This document shows positions 63,030 to 64,000 of a DNA stretch of 64,000 nt, one piece after another. Where the stretch lies: contig OZ024753.1 in the NCBI GenBank assembly GCA_964016885.1, positions 5,084,001 to 5,148,000 of the forward strand, in the 5' to 3' direction. Below the pieces are notes generated by a model. The model searched no databases, was not told the origin of the DNA, and saw only the letters and a program-made list of their open reading frames with translations. This DNA is from Eledone cirrhosa. Lineage: Eukaryota. Position numbers and translations under genes: made by a program. The first letter of the stretch is position 1. The number at the start of each line of letters is the position of its first letter.

Positions 63030-63037
<8 letters not shown>
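62602..63037. mobile_element. Penelope-like terminal-repeat foldback element (family A)
   Basis: About 166-bp inverted arms (62687-62852 / 62872-63037) plus an 85-bp unpaired tail, flanked by (TA)n. Homologues at 19316-19712, 29657-30056 and 40950-41079. Confidence 0.75.
62931..62997 (+). ncRNA. Minimal type I hammerhead ribozyme (family A); mirror copy at 62727-62793 on minus strand
   Basis: TTTTAT-CTGATGA-long stem II-GAAA-TGCGCA-TA-ATAAAA. Stem I TTTTAT/ATAAAA; palindromic stem III ATGCGCAT. Confidence 0.8.
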
Positions 63038-63086
<49 letters not shown>

Positions 63087-64000
63087 GATATATAAACAAT
63101 GAGTTATTTGTTTTGTTGATTATTCAACAAAGTTAAAAAGTTAAAAAATAATTGAGATCATTATTTAAAATCTATCTAGTGTCTAAACTTAATGATCCTT
63201 TTCAGTTTTAACGTTATCCTCATTAGCATATTTATCCTCAGCTTTGGAAATTTATTCACTATCTTCAATGAACTTATAACATAACGTTCATATGAGGATA
63301 TGTCACTATCTTTAAACTAAATATTGTATTTTATCTGACGACAGTCTACTAGAATATTGGTACCCTTGAAATATGTATAATAAAATAAATACGGTTTTAT
63401 AAAGATATTTTCCATTTATTAATATTATTGATATTATATATACACAAACACACATACATTTACATATATGTAGAAATGTTTATGTGTACATAAGTGTTGC
63501 ACTGGATATACTCATGAAATTGAGAAGAAAGAAGAATTTGGGTAATTTCTGTTCTAAATAAATAATTCCTGTTTTTGGTAAACTACAAATTGGTAGATCT
63601 ATAACATTTTTACATTCGCATGTATATGTGTATATACATATGTATGTATATGTGTATATATGTGTGTAAATTTATACGTGAAAGAATGTATGTAAGTACA
63701 CAAACACACACGATAGACGTGCTCCATCATCCACTTTTCTAAAAAAGTATATTATACACAAAATGCTAGCATCAACAGTTTTTCAAGAGATGGCAACATC
63801 AATGAACTTGTTATTTGTCTCTAAAAAAACTTTTTTCCGATTCCGCTCTGCCTGTCCCTTCAATCGTTTTTAAGTTCTCATTCTTTCTTCTGATGAAGGA
63901 TAGCGCCCAAAACGTTAAGACTCTCTTCCTGCTATTTCAAGCGTTAAACTAATATATTTCTTCCATATACTGTACCGTTTGTGTTGTTATTTCTGTTTAC

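Noticed and set aside
62687-63037. Long palindromes as microRNA precursors or assembly artefacts
   Set aside because: They are dispersed multi-copy repeats with diverged copies and distinct junctions, and arms are not always identical. A retroelement origin explains them better.

Overview
AT-rich, microsatellite-dense animal DNA; the repeat landscape and introns fit an octopod cephalopod (inference). Three spliced genes were rebuilt by hand with consistent exon phases. NSUN7-like (minus strand, 7 exons) runs off the left edge. RNPC3/U11-U12 65K (minus strand, 14 coding exons, about 474 aa) lies head-to-head with COPS8 (plus strand, 7 coding exons, 186 aa). There is also a tRNA-Ala(TGC). NSUN7 and RNPC3 each carry a clear U12-type (minor spliceosome) GT-AG intron. 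The remainder is tRNA-derived SINEs, RTE/CRE/Vingi-like LINE fragments, Penelope-like RT and GIY-YIG remnants, MITEs, Helitron-like elements and minisatellites. The most striking signal is a set of at least six unrelated families of short elements, mostly foldbacks, sitting in (TA)n tracts. They carry whole or partial hammerhead ribozyme cores, including one near-perfect fold with a compensatory U3-A8 core pair, and several share a 3' TGAGTRC motif. Nearly all ORFs in the supplied track are microsatellite artefacts.
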